Source of the DNA: an uncultured Solirubrobacterales bacterium
GTDB taxonomy: Bacteria; Actinomycetota; Thermoleophilia; Solirubrobacterales; 70-9
Direction of reading: 5' to 3'
Assembly: GCA_963702705.1 (NCBI GenBank)
Contig: CAVPDR010000001.1
Location: forward strand, 100,821 to 164,820
Length of the DNA: 64,000 nucleotides
In this document: positions 8,790 through 17,335 of the stretch, in pieces
How positions within the stretch are numbered: position 1 is the first letter of the stretch
Layout: the number at the start of each line of letters is the position of its first letter
Made by a program: the position numbers and the translations under genes
Notes under the pieces: generated by a model
The model's input: the letters and a program-made list of their open reading frames with translations, nothing else
Databases searched by the model: none
What the model was told of the DNA's origin: nothing

Positions 8790-9213
8790 AGTCCGAAGAG
8801 TATGGGAGTGGGCGGGCTAGTCGCTGGACTCACTCACGGGGCATCAGCGACGCCCGACTCCCGAACTGCGTCCCGGCACGCCGGCCGACGAGGGCAGGAG
8901 CTCGACGACCATGCTCAACATAGGCATCTCTTCAGACAGATCCTGCGTTGTCTGAGGGGCGACCGAAGCCAACGCATAAAAATGCGACTGGCGGTGGCGC
9001 CCGGTTGCCTGCCGTGTGCGTAGCCTTCGCACACTTAAGCTCGTCGCGCCACCTTCGAGGCGGTGTCCGGTGGGCTTCCGCGAACGCCGTCTCTCCCAGT
9101 CGCAGAGCGAACTTAGCGCGACCTTTGGAGCTGCGCTAGGGGGGCGACGAAAACGTTCCCGCAAACTCCGGCAATTGTGTTCGTCCGCTGGGGCGCTATA
9201 CGGTCCTGATGGG

Positions 9214-10602
9214 ATGAGCGACGGTCTCGAGGCCTCCCGGAGGAGGGCGCGGCGCAACGTTGTGCTGACGGCGGCGATCGCCGGACTCGGCGGGCTGCTC
9301 TTCGGCTACGACACCGGTGTCATCGCGGGAGCGCTGCTCTTCATCAAGGGCGACTTCGACCTCGGCAGCTTCGCCCAGGGACTGGTCGTCGCGGCAGTGC
9401 CGATCGGAGCGGTCGCCGGGGCGGGATTCGCCGGACCGGCGGCTGATCGCTACGGGCGGCGGCTGATGATCCTGCTTGCCGCCGCGGTGTTCATCGTCGG
9501 CGCCCTGGTCAGCGCCGCCGCGCCGGGCGTCGAGGTGCTGGTCGCCGCTCGGATCGTGATCGGCGTAGCGATCGGGCTCGCCTCGGCTGCCGCCCCCGTC
9601 TACATCTCCGAGGTGGCGCCGGCAGAGAGCCGCGGTCGCCTGGTCAGCTTCTTCCAGCTGGCGGTGACGATCGGCATCCTCGTCGCCTACCTGGTCGGGC
9701 TCGCCTTCGACCACAGCGAAGGCTGGCGCTGGATGCTGGGGCTGGGCTGCGTGCCGGCGCTGGCGCTCGGCTTCGGCATGCTGCGGATGCCGCAGAGCCC
9801 GCGCTGGCTGGTGATGAGCGGCGACGACTTCGCGGCGCGGGCGACGCTGGCGAAGATCCGCGTCGACGACCCCGACACGATTGATCGGGAGCTGGCAGAG
9901 ATCAAGGGCAGCCTCGACGAGAAGCCAGGTGCGTGGAGCGAGCTGCTGCAGCCGGTCGTCAAGGCGGCGCTCGTGGTCGGCGTCGGGCTGGCGATCCTGC
10001 AGCAGGTGACGGGGATCAACACGGTTATCTACTACGCGCCGACAATCGTTGAATTCACCGGCGTCGACTCGTCGGCGGGCTCGATCCTGGCTGCGGTTGG
10101 GGTCGGCGTGATCAACGTCGGCATGACCCTGCTGGCACTGCGGCTGCTCGACCGGGCGGGGCGGCGAACGCTGCTTTTCGTCGGCGTCAGCGGGATGTCA
10201 ATCTCGCTCTTCGCCCTCGGTGGCGCCTTCAAGATCGCCGGGGGCGGCAGCACCCTCGCCTCGGTGATCGCGATCGCCAGCCTGATGGCCTACGTCGCCT
10301 CCTTCGCGATCAGCCTCGGGCCGATCTTCTGGCTGCTCAACGCCGAGATCTACCCGCTCAGCGTGCGCAGTAAGGCGGCCGGGGTCGGGACGATGGCCAA
10401 CTGGACCTTCAACTTCATCGTCTCGCTCACCTTCCTGCTGCTGATCGAAGCGCTCGGCCGCAGCGGCGCCTTCTGGTTCTACGGCGTGATCGGCCTCTTC
10501 ACCCTGGCCTTCTGCTGGAAGCTCGTGCCGGAGACCAAGGGCAAGCGGCTCGAGGACATCCAGGCGATCTTCCAGGCGAGGGTCGACCGCCGCGCCTCCT
10601 GA
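9214..10602 (+). CDS. MFS sugar-porter family transporter
   Basis: LLFGYDTGVIAGAL, PQSPRWLV and VPETKGKRLEDIQ sugar-porter motifs, with about 12 hydrophobic segments. The ATG at 9214 (MSDGLEAS) is preferred to the ORF-track start at 9016. Confidence 0.85.
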   Translation: MSDGLEASRRRARRNVVLTAAIAGLGGLLFGYDTGVIAGALLFIKGDFDLGSFAQGLVVAAVPIGAVAGAGFAGPAADRYGRRLMILLAAAVFIVGALVSAAAPGVEVLVAARIVIGVAIGLASAAAPVYISEVAPAESRGRLVSFFQLAVTIGILVAYLVGLAFDHSEGWRWMLGLGCVPALALGFGMLRMPQSPRWLVMSGDDFAARATLAKIRVDDPDTIDRELAEIKGSLDEKPGAWSELLQPVVKAALVVGVGLAILQQVTGINTVIYYAPTIVEFTGVDSSAGSILAAVGVGVINVGMTLLALRLLDRAGRRTLLFVGVSGMSISLFALGGAFKIAGGGSTLASVIAIASLMAYVASFAISLGPIFWLLNAEIYPLSVRSKAAGVGTMANWTFNFIVSLTFLLLIEALGRSGAFWFYGVIGLFTLAFCWKLVPETKGKRLEDIQAIFQARVDRRAS

Positions 10603-10629
10603 GGCCGAAGCTCGTCGGCTTTCTCTCTG
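10603..10629 (+). terminator. candidate intrinsic terminator after the MFS gene
   Basis: GCCGA-agctcg-TCGGC hairpin directly after the stop codon, followed by TTTCTCTCT. Confidence 0.4.
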
Positions 10630-10657
10630 GGGCCGCCCCGGACGTAAACTCGGTGGC

Positions 10658-11182
10658 ATGAAGATCGGCCGAGGCGGCTTTATCGGCCGCGTACCCGCGC
10701 CCCTTTACTGGCTGCCTCGGCGCATGGTGCCGATCGCCTGTGTGGACATCCTCCCCTACGACACCGGAACGGCCGGCCCTCGGATTGGGCTCATACGCAG
10801 AAAAACCAACTCGGGAACCATGGTTTGGGCGATGGTGGGCGGTGGCATTCACCGTGGTGAGACGATCGAGGGGGCAATTCACCGTCACGTTCGGATGACG
10901 CTGGGGTCGACAGTGAAGTGGCAACACCTCTCCGGTGAGTCGGGCCCGTTCGTCGGCGAGTACTTCCCGTGGCAGCGCGAGGGACACGGTGAAGACCGTA
11001 GGAAGCACGCGATAGCCCTCTCTTATGCGATTAGCCTCCACGGCGAGCCCTCGCCGCGGGGCGAGGCCCTCGGGTTCAAGTGGTTCGACACTGGCACGAT
11101 CCCCTCTGCCGAGTCCGTGTGGACGGGTCAACACACCGTGATGATGCGGCTACTCGAGGCACTAGGAGGCGGCCGAGGATGA
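10658..11182 (+). CDS. Nudix-fold-like protein (DUF4916-like, degenerate Nudix box)
   Basis: GGIHRGETIEGAIHRHVRMTLG aligns to Gx5Ex7REUxEExGU but has RH in place of RE and MT in place of EE. FVGEYFP ... RKHAIALSYA resembles DUF4916 proteins. Codon third positions are visibly less GC-rich than in flanking genes. Confidence 0.6.
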   Translation: MKIGRGGFIGRVPAPLYWLPRRMVPIACVDILPYDTGTAGPRIGLIRRKTNSGTMVWAMVGGGIHRGETIEGAIHRHVRMTLGSTVKWQHLSGESGPFVGEYFPWQREGHGEDRRKHAIALSYAISLHGEPSPRGEALGFKWFDTGTIPSAESVWTGQHTVMMRLLEALGGGRG

Positions 11183-12177
11183 GTGGACTGGAGTCCACGG
11201 GCGCTGATGTCGCGACGCGTCAGGCAGACAAGTTGTCCCTCCGAGTGGTGGACTGGGTCGTCGCCGAGGCAAAGACGCGCTTGCTGAGGCGAAGGGACGC
11301 TACGGCTGCAAAGCGCCTTCTCCAGATCGACCAAGACCCCGAAGTCGCCTATAGGTCGGCCTCGGTTCACTCGCTGTTTCGGGACGGTGTCCACCCCGAC
11401 AACTTCGACCCGCTCGTAGCCTTTGTCGGCGACGACTTGTCCCGGGCCCGAGACCCAGCCGACCTCAGAGTCGACCTCGAGGTGCTGGAGCAGCTTTCGG
11501 TTCCGCTTGGGCAGAGCCAGGTCCGGTTCGGCAGTCCCACGTCCGACGGTGGCACCCGGGTCCTCTTCGGATATGGCGGGGAAGGTGAGAGCAACCGGCT
11601 GATTCGAAAGGTCGAGCCCTTCGAGATGCCTTTCCGCTGGGAGCTCGAAGATGTGGGTGAGCGTCTCGCATATCGCTACGTAAGAGGGAAGGGGAAGGTC
11701 GGAAGGCCGCTCTGGCGCATTGTCGGTGGCAAGGACAACACGCCATATGCACCCGAGCCACGAGAGGACGGCCTGCTCAAGACCGACTACCTGTTGGTGA
11801 CTCGCGTTCCCAATTACCTGGGTGACGGCAGGCTGGCGGGTAAGTTCATCGTGAACTTCGGCGGTGCCCATGGCACAGGCACCCGCGCGGTGGAGCTGCT
11901 GGTCGGCAACCGGAAAGAGCTTGCTCGGGCGCACAACTCGCTGCGTGACCTCGCCAGGCGGGCGAGGCTCCAGAGCGAGCTTCCGCGATGCTTCCAACTG
12001 CTCTTCGAGATCGGCGGCATCGAGCACGATCCTCAGCTCGGAAGCCGCGGTACAGAGATCCGGCTCCTCGGCAGTGGCCTGATCGAGGACAACGACAACC
12101 AGTGGAAGGACGCGGCCAGGCTGATTAGGCCGGCGCTCGAAGAAGTGGCAGTCATCCCCCGGCGATCGTGCCGATGA
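11179..12177 (+). CDS. hypothetical protein, translationally coupled to the Nudix-like gene
   Basis: The ATG at 11179 overlaps the upstream TGA (ATGA). 332 aa with no family I recognise. It contains a beta-strand / Gly-rich loop / helix element DYLLVTRVPN...KFIVNFGGAHGTGTRAVELLV. Confidence 0.55.
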   Translation: MSGLESTGADVATRQADKLSLRVVDWVVAEAKTRLLRRRDATAAKRLLQIDQDPEVAYRSASVHSLFRDGVHPDNFDPLVAFVGDDLSRARDPADLRVDLEVLEQLSVPLGQSQVRFGSPTSDGGTRVLFGYGGEGESNRLIRKVEPFEMPFRWELEDVGERLAYRYVRGKGKVGRPLWRIVGGKDNTPYAPEPREDGLLKTDYLLVTRVPNYLGDGRLAGKFIVNFGGAHGTGTRAVELLVGNRKELARAHNSLRDLARRARLQSELPRCFQLLFEIGGIEHDPQLGSRGTEIRLLGSGLIEDNDNQWKDAARLIRPALEEVAVIPRRSCR

Positions 12178-12246
12178 GCTCTGAACCGACGCGGCGATCC
12201 GTGGTCCGTGGTCGCGAGGCCGGTACTGCCTAGCTACGCTGCCCAG

Positions 12247-13164
12247 ATGCGCGTAGACGAGATCATCGCCGCCAAGGCGCCGACCTTCTCGGTCGAGCTC
12301 TTCCCGCCCAAGACCGAGGAGGGGACCGAGGCGCTGTTCGCGACGGCGAGGTCGCTGCGCGAGCTGAATCCCGATTTCGTCTCGGTGACCTACGGCGCCG
12401 GCGGCTCGACGCGCGAGGGTACGGTTGAGATCACCCGGGCGCTGAAGGACGAGCTCGGCTTCGAGACGATGGCGCACCTGAGCTGCGTCGGCGAGAGCGC
12501 CGAGGGGATCGGGGCGACGCTGGACCGGATCGCCGCGGCCGGGATCGAGAACGTCTTCGCCCTGCGCGGCGACCCACCGCGTGGGCAGGTGGACTTCGTC
12601 CAGCCCGAGGGGGGGCTCGGCAGCGCCGCCGAGCTGACCGCCTTCATCGGCTCGGGATGGGACTTCACAGTGGGTGGGGCCTGCTTTCCCGAGGTCCACC
12701 CCGAGGCGCCCGACCTCGAGACCGACCTCGCCTACCTGAAGACGAAGGTCGTGGCGGGGGCATCGTTCCTGATCACCCAGCTCTTCTTCGACAACCAGGT
12801 CTACTTCGACTTCGTCGCCGCGGCGCGGGCGGCCGGGATCGGCGTGCCGATCCTCGCCGGTGTGATCCCCGTGGCGAGCTTCGCCCAGACGAAGCGCATC
12901 TGCGACCTCTGCGACGCCTCGATCCCTCCCCGCCTGGAGGCCGCCTTCGCGGCGGCGGGGGGTGACGAGCGGGCCGAGTTCGAGCTCGGCATCGCCTACG
13001 CGTCACAGCAGTGCTCGGAGCTGCTTCTGGCCGGGGCGCCGGGCATCCACTTCTACGCGCTCAACCGCGCGCCGGCGACGCGAGCGGTGCTCGGCGCCCT
13101 GCAGGCCGCGCGACCGTGGGAGCGGCGTCGAGACGACACGGGCGACCTGGCCAGGTCGCTCTGA
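12247..13164 (+). CDS. metF: 5,10-methylenetetrahydrofolate reductase
   Basis: FSVELFPPKTEEGTEALF ... FVSVTYGAGGSTREGTVEI ... MAHLSCVG are typical MetF motifs. Confidence 0.9.
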   Translation: MRVDEIIAAKAPTFSVELFPPKTEEGTEALFATARSLRELNPDFVSVTYGAGGSTREGTVEITRALKDELGFETMAHLSCVGESAEGIGATLDRIAAAGIENVFALRGDPPRGQVDFVQPEGGLGSAAELTAFIGSGWDFTVGGACFPEVHPEAPDLETDLAYLKTKVVAGASFLITQLFFDNQVYFDFVAAARAAGIGVPILAGVIPVASFAQTKRICDLCDASIPPRLEAAFAAAGGDERAEFELGIAYASQQCSELLLAGAPGIHFYALNRAPATRAVLGALQAARPWERRRDDTGDLARSL

Positions 13165-13182
13165 GTAAAATGGCCCGTCCTC

Positions 13183-13965
13183 ATGGCTAACCGCAGGGAG
13201 GAAGAGAGGGAGCGACTCCGCCAGGCCCGGCAGGAACGCGAGAAAAAGCAGTCCGGGTCCGAGCGGCGGCGCTTGATGATCGGCTACGGCGTCGCCGGGC
13301 TCGTCGGCTTGGCCGTGATCGCCGGGATCGTCGCAATCGTCGTCTCCGCCGCCAACAAGAACGATGGCGGCGAAGCGCACATCGTCCAGGCGACGGGCTC
13401 GACCAACGGCATCCAGCCCGATGAACGGTCCGGCACCACGCCGCCCGCGGCGAAAGTGACCAACCTCAAGAAGGCGGCAAAGATGGCCGACTGCGATCTG
13501 CGCCTCCACCTTCCCGAAGAGGGCCACACTCACATCCCGCCGACGGCGGCGACGCCCGAATACAAAACCAATCCGCCGACCTCGGGCAACCACGTCGAAC
13601 CGCCTTACCAGCAGGCTGACGGGGCTTACAAGGAAATGCCCCAGGAAATCGACTTCGTCCACTCGATGGAGCACGGCCGACTGGAGATCCAGTACAGCCC
13701 GGATCTGGCAGAAAGCGCGCAGCTGGAACTGATCGGACTCTACGACACGATGTACGGCGCGACGCTGCTCTTCCCGAACGAAAACATGCCCTACGAAGTG
13801 GCGGCGACGACCTGGCGCAACCTGCTCGGCTGCAACGAATACAAGGGCTCGATCACGCTCGACGCGATCCGCGCCTTCGGCGCGCAGACCTGGGGGCACG
13901 GTCGCGAGCCGGTCACCGGATTCGCCTTCACCGGCCCGACGCCGGAAGAACCAACGATCAACTAG
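13183..13965 (+). CDS. membrane-anchored DUF3105-like protein
   Basis: Charged N-terminus, one TM segment (LMIGYGVAGLVGLAVIAGIVAIVV), then PTSGNHVEPPY ... FVHSMEHGRLEIQY as in DUF3105 proteins. Confidence 0.65.
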   Translation: MANRREEERERLRQARQEREKKQSGSERRRLMIGYGVAGLVGLAVIAGIVAIVVSAANKNDGGEAHIVQATGSTNGIQPDERSGTTPPAAKVTNLKKAAKMADCDLRLHLPEEGHTHIPPTAATPEYKTNPPTSGNHVEPPYQQADGAYKEMPQEIDFVHSMEHGRLEIQYSPDLAESAQLELIGLYDTMYGATLLFPNENMPYEVAATTWRNLLGCNEYKGSITLDAIRAFGAQTWGHGREPVTGFAFTGPTPEEPTIN

Positions 13966-14953
13966 CGCGGTAGGCGGGGAAGAACCCGCCGGCATCGCGT
14001 CCGGCCGAGAGGCGTGCGTAGGCCTCCGCGTCGCAGACGATCTCCGAGGTGCGCCAGGACAGCTCGCGATTGGCGAAGCCCCGCTTGAACTCCTCCAGCC
14101 TGTCGCCGGAAGTGATCCCGCCTCCGAGGTTGAGCGGCTGCGCGAGCTCGGCTGACAGTTCGACCAGCGCGGCGACGATGTTCTTCATCGGCGAGTCGCG
14201 CAAGTGGGAGTCGGCGCTGCCGCTGAGGTAATAGTGGAGGTAGTCGTCGCTGCGCGCGGCGATCGATGCGGCGGCGATCTCGCCGCCGGGGGCGAGGGCA
14301 AGGACGAGCCAGGTCCGGGGCGACTCGAAGAGGCGGTCGAAGTAGGCGGGTCCGAAGAAATAACGCCCGGCGGCACCGGTGCGGCGCATCGTCTGCTCAT
14401 AGGCGGCGAGAAACCCGGCGCGCTGCGCAGTCGTCGTTTCGGGGCCCGGAACCAGCTGCACCTCGTAGCCGCGGCGCAGGTTCTTGTTGATCTGGTTTCG
14501 ATCGCTGCCCCGGCTCTTTGGCGGCAGCGTGGGGTCGGCGATCTGGACCACGTTGCGCTCGCTGGTGCCGCTCAGCGGTGGGTCGCTCAGCGTGTGGCGG
14601 AGGAAGATCGCGACCAGGCCGGTGGCGCTGAAGTCGATGGACTTAGGGCTGACGGCGGAGTGAGTCGGGGGGGTGCCCGGCGGAGCCTCCCCGCTGTTGC
14701 TCCGCCGGGCACCCCCCCGACTCCCCTCGACCAGCCCCGGATACCCGTAGGGGGAGATCGCGTCGCGCTGGCCGGTGCCGTCGATATCGCGCACGATCAG
14801 CGGCGCCAGCAATTCGCCCTCGCCGGCCCCGATGCGCAGCGTGTGGGTGACGGCTTCGGCGTCGAGAAAAGGACGGGAGCGAAAGAACTCCTCGCTCGCC
14901 GTAGCTTCGCCGCGGTCCTCGATCAGCTCCGCGACTGCGAGCGGCTCGCTCAC
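13958..14953 (-). CDS. FemAB-like / GNAT-fold (BioF2-like) acetyltransferase family protein
   Basis: NLRRGYEVQLV ... YFFGPAYFDRLF ... IAAASIAARSDDYLHYYLSGS ... MKNIVAALVELSAE ... LNLGGGI ... LEEFKRGFAN resembles FemAB-like peptidoglycan or glycan bridge-forming enzymes. Confidence 0.65.
   Translation of the reverse strand: MSEPLAVAELIEDRGEATASEEFFRSRPFLDAEAVTHTLRIGAGEGELLAPLIVRDIDGTGQRDAISPYGYPGLVEGSRGGARRSNSGEAPPGTPPTHSAVSPKSIDFSATGLVAIFLRHTLSDPPLSGTSERNVVQIADPTLPPKSRGSDRNQINKNLRRGYEVQLVPGPETTTAQRAGFLAAYEQTMRRTGAAGRYFFGPAYFDRLFESPRTWLVLALAPGGEIAAASIAARSDDYLHYYLSGSADSHLRDSPMKNIVAALVELSAELAQPLNLGGGITSGDRLEEFKRGFANRELSWRTSEIVCDAEAYARLSAGRDAGGFFPAYRAS
14662..14723. repeat. perfect 25-bp-arm palindrome inside the FemAB-like CDS
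   Basis: GAGTCGGGGGGGTGCCCGGCGGAGC, a 12-nt loop, then GCTCCGCCGGGCACCCCCCCGACTC. It encodes ...SRGGARRSNSGEAPPGTPPTH... in the host frame. Confidence 0.9.
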
Positions 14954-15498
14954 GGGAAGAGGTCGGCTGCGGCGGCTCGGAACTCGTCGGGGAGGACACC
15001 CCAGACCTCGCAGTCGTCCGGGGGCGCCGCCTCCCGACGCAGGTGCGCGCGCATCGTCCCCTCATGCTTCCAGCCGAGGCTGGTGACGGTCTTCTTGGCG
15101 ATCTCGTTGCGAGCTGGGATCCGTCCGTAGACCCGGTGCGCGCCGAACTCGTCGAAGGCCTTGGCGATCGTCAGTGCCTCGGCGCGGCGGCCGACCCCCT
15201 TGCCGCGCACGTCGTCGCCGATCAGGGCGCCGAGCTCGGGTGCGGTCTGGCGAAAGAGGCCGTAGAGGGCAGTGAAGCCGACCGGCTCCGCGTAGCCCGC
15301 GACCACGATCGCGTACTTGCGGTCCTCACCCGAACCGTCGATCGCCCGACCCACCCAAGCCTCCGCTTCCTCCAGTGAGAACCCGTCGCGCTGCTCCATC
15401 AGCGAGGCGGTCGCCGCCGCGTTGTTGAACCAGCGGTGCACGGCGGGCACATCGCCGGGCTCAAAGGGCCGCAGTCTCACCTCAGGCCGATCCGTCAT
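14950..15498 (-). CDS. GNAT family N-acetyltransferase (RimJ/RimL-like)
   Basis: VRLRPFEPGDVPAVHRWFNN ... RGKGVGRRAEALTIAKAFDEFGAHRVYGRI. There is a 4-nt overlap with the upstream gene. Confidence 0.8.
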   Translation of the reverse strand: MTDRPEVRLRPFEPGDVPAVHRWFNNAAATASLMEQRDGFSLEEAEAWVGRAIDGSGEDRKYAIVVAGYAEPVGFTALYGLFRQTAPELGALIGDDVRGKGVGRRAEALTIAKAFDEFGAHRVYGRIPARNEIAKKTVTSLGWKHEGTMRAHLRREAAPPDDCEVWGVLPDEFRAAAADLFP

Positions 15499-15530
15499 CC
15501 CGCGAACCCTAAGACCTCGGGCCTCTCAAT

Positions 15531-15583
15531 CCGAACTGCATCAAATTCTCCATCTCCTAGCTTAAGAATTCGATGCAGTTCGG
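15531..15583 (-). terminator. 12-bp-stem hairpin directly after the sugar transferase stop codon
   Basis: CCGAACTGCATC / GATGCAGTTCGG arms with a 29-nt AT-rich loop, abutting the stop codon at 15584. Confidence 0.4.
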
Positions 15584-16147
15584 TCAGTCCGGTGCGAGGC
15601 CGTGGCCGGTGACCAGGAGCCAGAGCGTTTTGAGCAGGATGCGGGCGTCCAGGGCGGCGCTGCGATGGTCGCAGTACCAGAGGTCGAGCTCGATCCGCTC
15701 CTCCCAGGGAATGCCGGCGCGACCCTGGACCTGGGCCCAGCCGGTGATTCCGGGAGGGACGTCATGGCGGCGGTGCTGGCGCGGCGTGTAGTCGATCACT
15801 TGGGCCGGGATGGTCGGGCGGGGGCCGACGATCGCCATCTCGCCGCGCAGGACGTTGACCAGGTTGGGGATCTCGTCGAGCGAGGTGCGGCGTAGGATGC
15901 GGCCGGCCGCGGTGACGCGCGGGTCCTCGCGGGTGACGACGGTGCCGACGCCGACCGGATCGGAGCCGACGGCCATCGTCCGCAGCTTCAGCATCTCGAA
16001 CTCACGGCCCTTCAGCCCAACCCGGCGCTGGCGGTAGATCACTGGTCCGCGGCTGCCGAGCCTGATCGCGATCGCCGCGATCAGCAGCAGCGGCGAGAGC
16101 AGGGCGAGGGCGATGGTGGCGATCAGGATGTCGGCGGCGCGCGGCAT
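15584..16147 (-). CDS. undecaprenyl-phosphate sugar phosphotransferase (small bacterial sugar transferase)
   Basis: GSRGPVIYRQRRVGLKGREFEMLKLRTM ... DEIPNLVNVLRGEMAIVGPRP are canonical motifs. Confidence 0.9.
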   Translation of the reverse strand: MPRAADILIATIALALLSPLLLIAAIAIRLGSRGPVIYRQRRVGLKGREFEMLKLRTMAVGSDPVGVGTVVTREDPRVTAAGRILRRTSLDEIPNLVNVLRGEMAIVGPRPTIPAQVIDYTPRQHRRHDVPPGITGWAQVQGRAGIPWEERIELDLWYCDHRSAALDARILLKTLWLLVTGHGLAPD

Positions 16148-17269
16148 CTACCTGGTTCCCGGCGCCTTCTCCCACGCCGCCGGGGGGCCGTGGCGGAAAC
16201 GGTCCCAGAGGCCAGCCGCGATCGAGAGCGTCGTCATGGCGTAGTAACGGGCGACGCGGAGGGGCCCGAAGCCGAACTGGCCGCCAAGGATCGCGGCGGC
16301 GATCAGCGCCAGCTGGATGCCATAGGTGACGACGTAAACCCAACCCTGGTCTAGTAGGGCGAGGTTGGTCGCGAAAGCGGTCAGGTGGAGGAAGGGCGTG
16401 AGGTAGCGCAACAGGCGGTGGGAGAAGAGCTCAAATGCGTAGAGGGGCGAGTAACCGCGCGGAGAGATCATCGCTTCGCCGACGACGATGTCCCAGATGC
16501 CGGCCATCATCCGGCGCTTGCGGGCGAGCTCTCCGGTCAGCGTCGGCACCATCTTCTCCTCGGCGCGGGCGGCCGGGACGTAGAGCGAGCGCAGCTTGCG
16601 CTTGGCGAGGCGGAAGGGGAAGGAGAGGTCATGGCTGCCGGAAGGCTCCAGCGACAGGTAGGCGGAGGCGCGCACGGCGTAGATCGCGCCGTTGCCGGCG
16701 GTGACCCCGGCCAGCGTCGACTCCATCTTGCGCAGCTTCATCTCGTAGCGCCAGTAGGCGCCCTCGGGGTTGTCGCCGCCAGCGCCGGTGAAGCGGACCT
16801 GGCCGCAGATGTAGCCGACCTTGGCGTCGGCGAAGGGCTCGACCAGGCGGCGCAGGGCGTCGGGGCGCCAGGCGCTGTTGGCGTCGGAGAAGGCGAGGAT
16901 CTCACCCGAGGCCGCCTCGGCAGCGGCGTTCTGGGCGGCAACCTTGCCGCCGCGCGGCAGCTCGAGCACGAGGTCGGCGCCGGCCCCGCGGGCGCGCTCC
17001 GCCGTGGCGTCGGCGGAGCCGTCGGAGGCGACGATCAGCTCGAGCCGCTCGCGGGGGTAGGCGAGCGCCAGCGCGTTGGCGATCTTGGCCTCGATCACCT
17101 CCTCCTCGTCGTAGGCGGCGACGATCAGCGAGACGCGCGGCAGCTCGGCCAGCGGGCGCGGCGGCTTGGCGGGCCGGCGCAGGGCGACGAGCAGGCGCAG
17201 AAAGACCGGGTAACCGAGGTGCGTGTAGACGATCAGCGCAGCGGAAATCCAGAAGATCGCGGCGAGCAT
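16148..17269 (-). CDS. family 2 glycosyltransferase with membrane segments
   Basis: VSLIVAAYDEEEVIEAKI ... LIVASDGSADAT, with N- and C-terminal TM segments. Confidence 0.85.
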   Translation of the reverse strand: MLAAIFWISAALIVYTHLGYPVFLRLLVALRRPAKPPRPLAELPRVSLIVAAYDEEEVIEAKIANALALAYPRERLELIVASDGSADATAERARGAGADLVLELPRGGKVAAQNAAAEAASGEILAFSDANSAWRPDALRRLVEPFADAKVGYICGQVRFTGAGGDNPEGAYWRYEMKLRKMESTLAGVTAGNGAIYAVRASAYLSLEPSGSHDLSFPFRLAKRKLRSLYVPAARAEEKMVPTLTGELARKRRMMAGIWDIVVGEAMISPRGYSPLYAFELFSHRLLRYLTPFLHLTAFATNLALLDQGWVYVVTYGIQLALIAAAILGGQFGFGPLRVARYYAMTTLSIAAGLWDRFRHGPPAAWEKAPGTR

Positions 17270-17335
17270 CCGGCGATTATCTGCTTCCCGTGCGCTTTAT
17301 GTCCCTATGGGTGCGTAAGGCGCACCGGAACGCGG

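Noticed and set aside
8790-9213. Known riboswitch (TPP, cobalamin, guanidine, ZTP and others) upstream of the MFS gene
   Set aside because: None of the conserved core sequences I know for these classes could be found by eye. It is kept only as a low-interest structural observation.
11128-12699. 523-aa minus-strand ORF
   Set aside because: It runs antisense across two plus-strand genes, one of which (metF) has unmistakable homology. Its translation is Arg/Pro/Gly-rich with no motifs. This is the typical shadow ORF of high-GC DNA.
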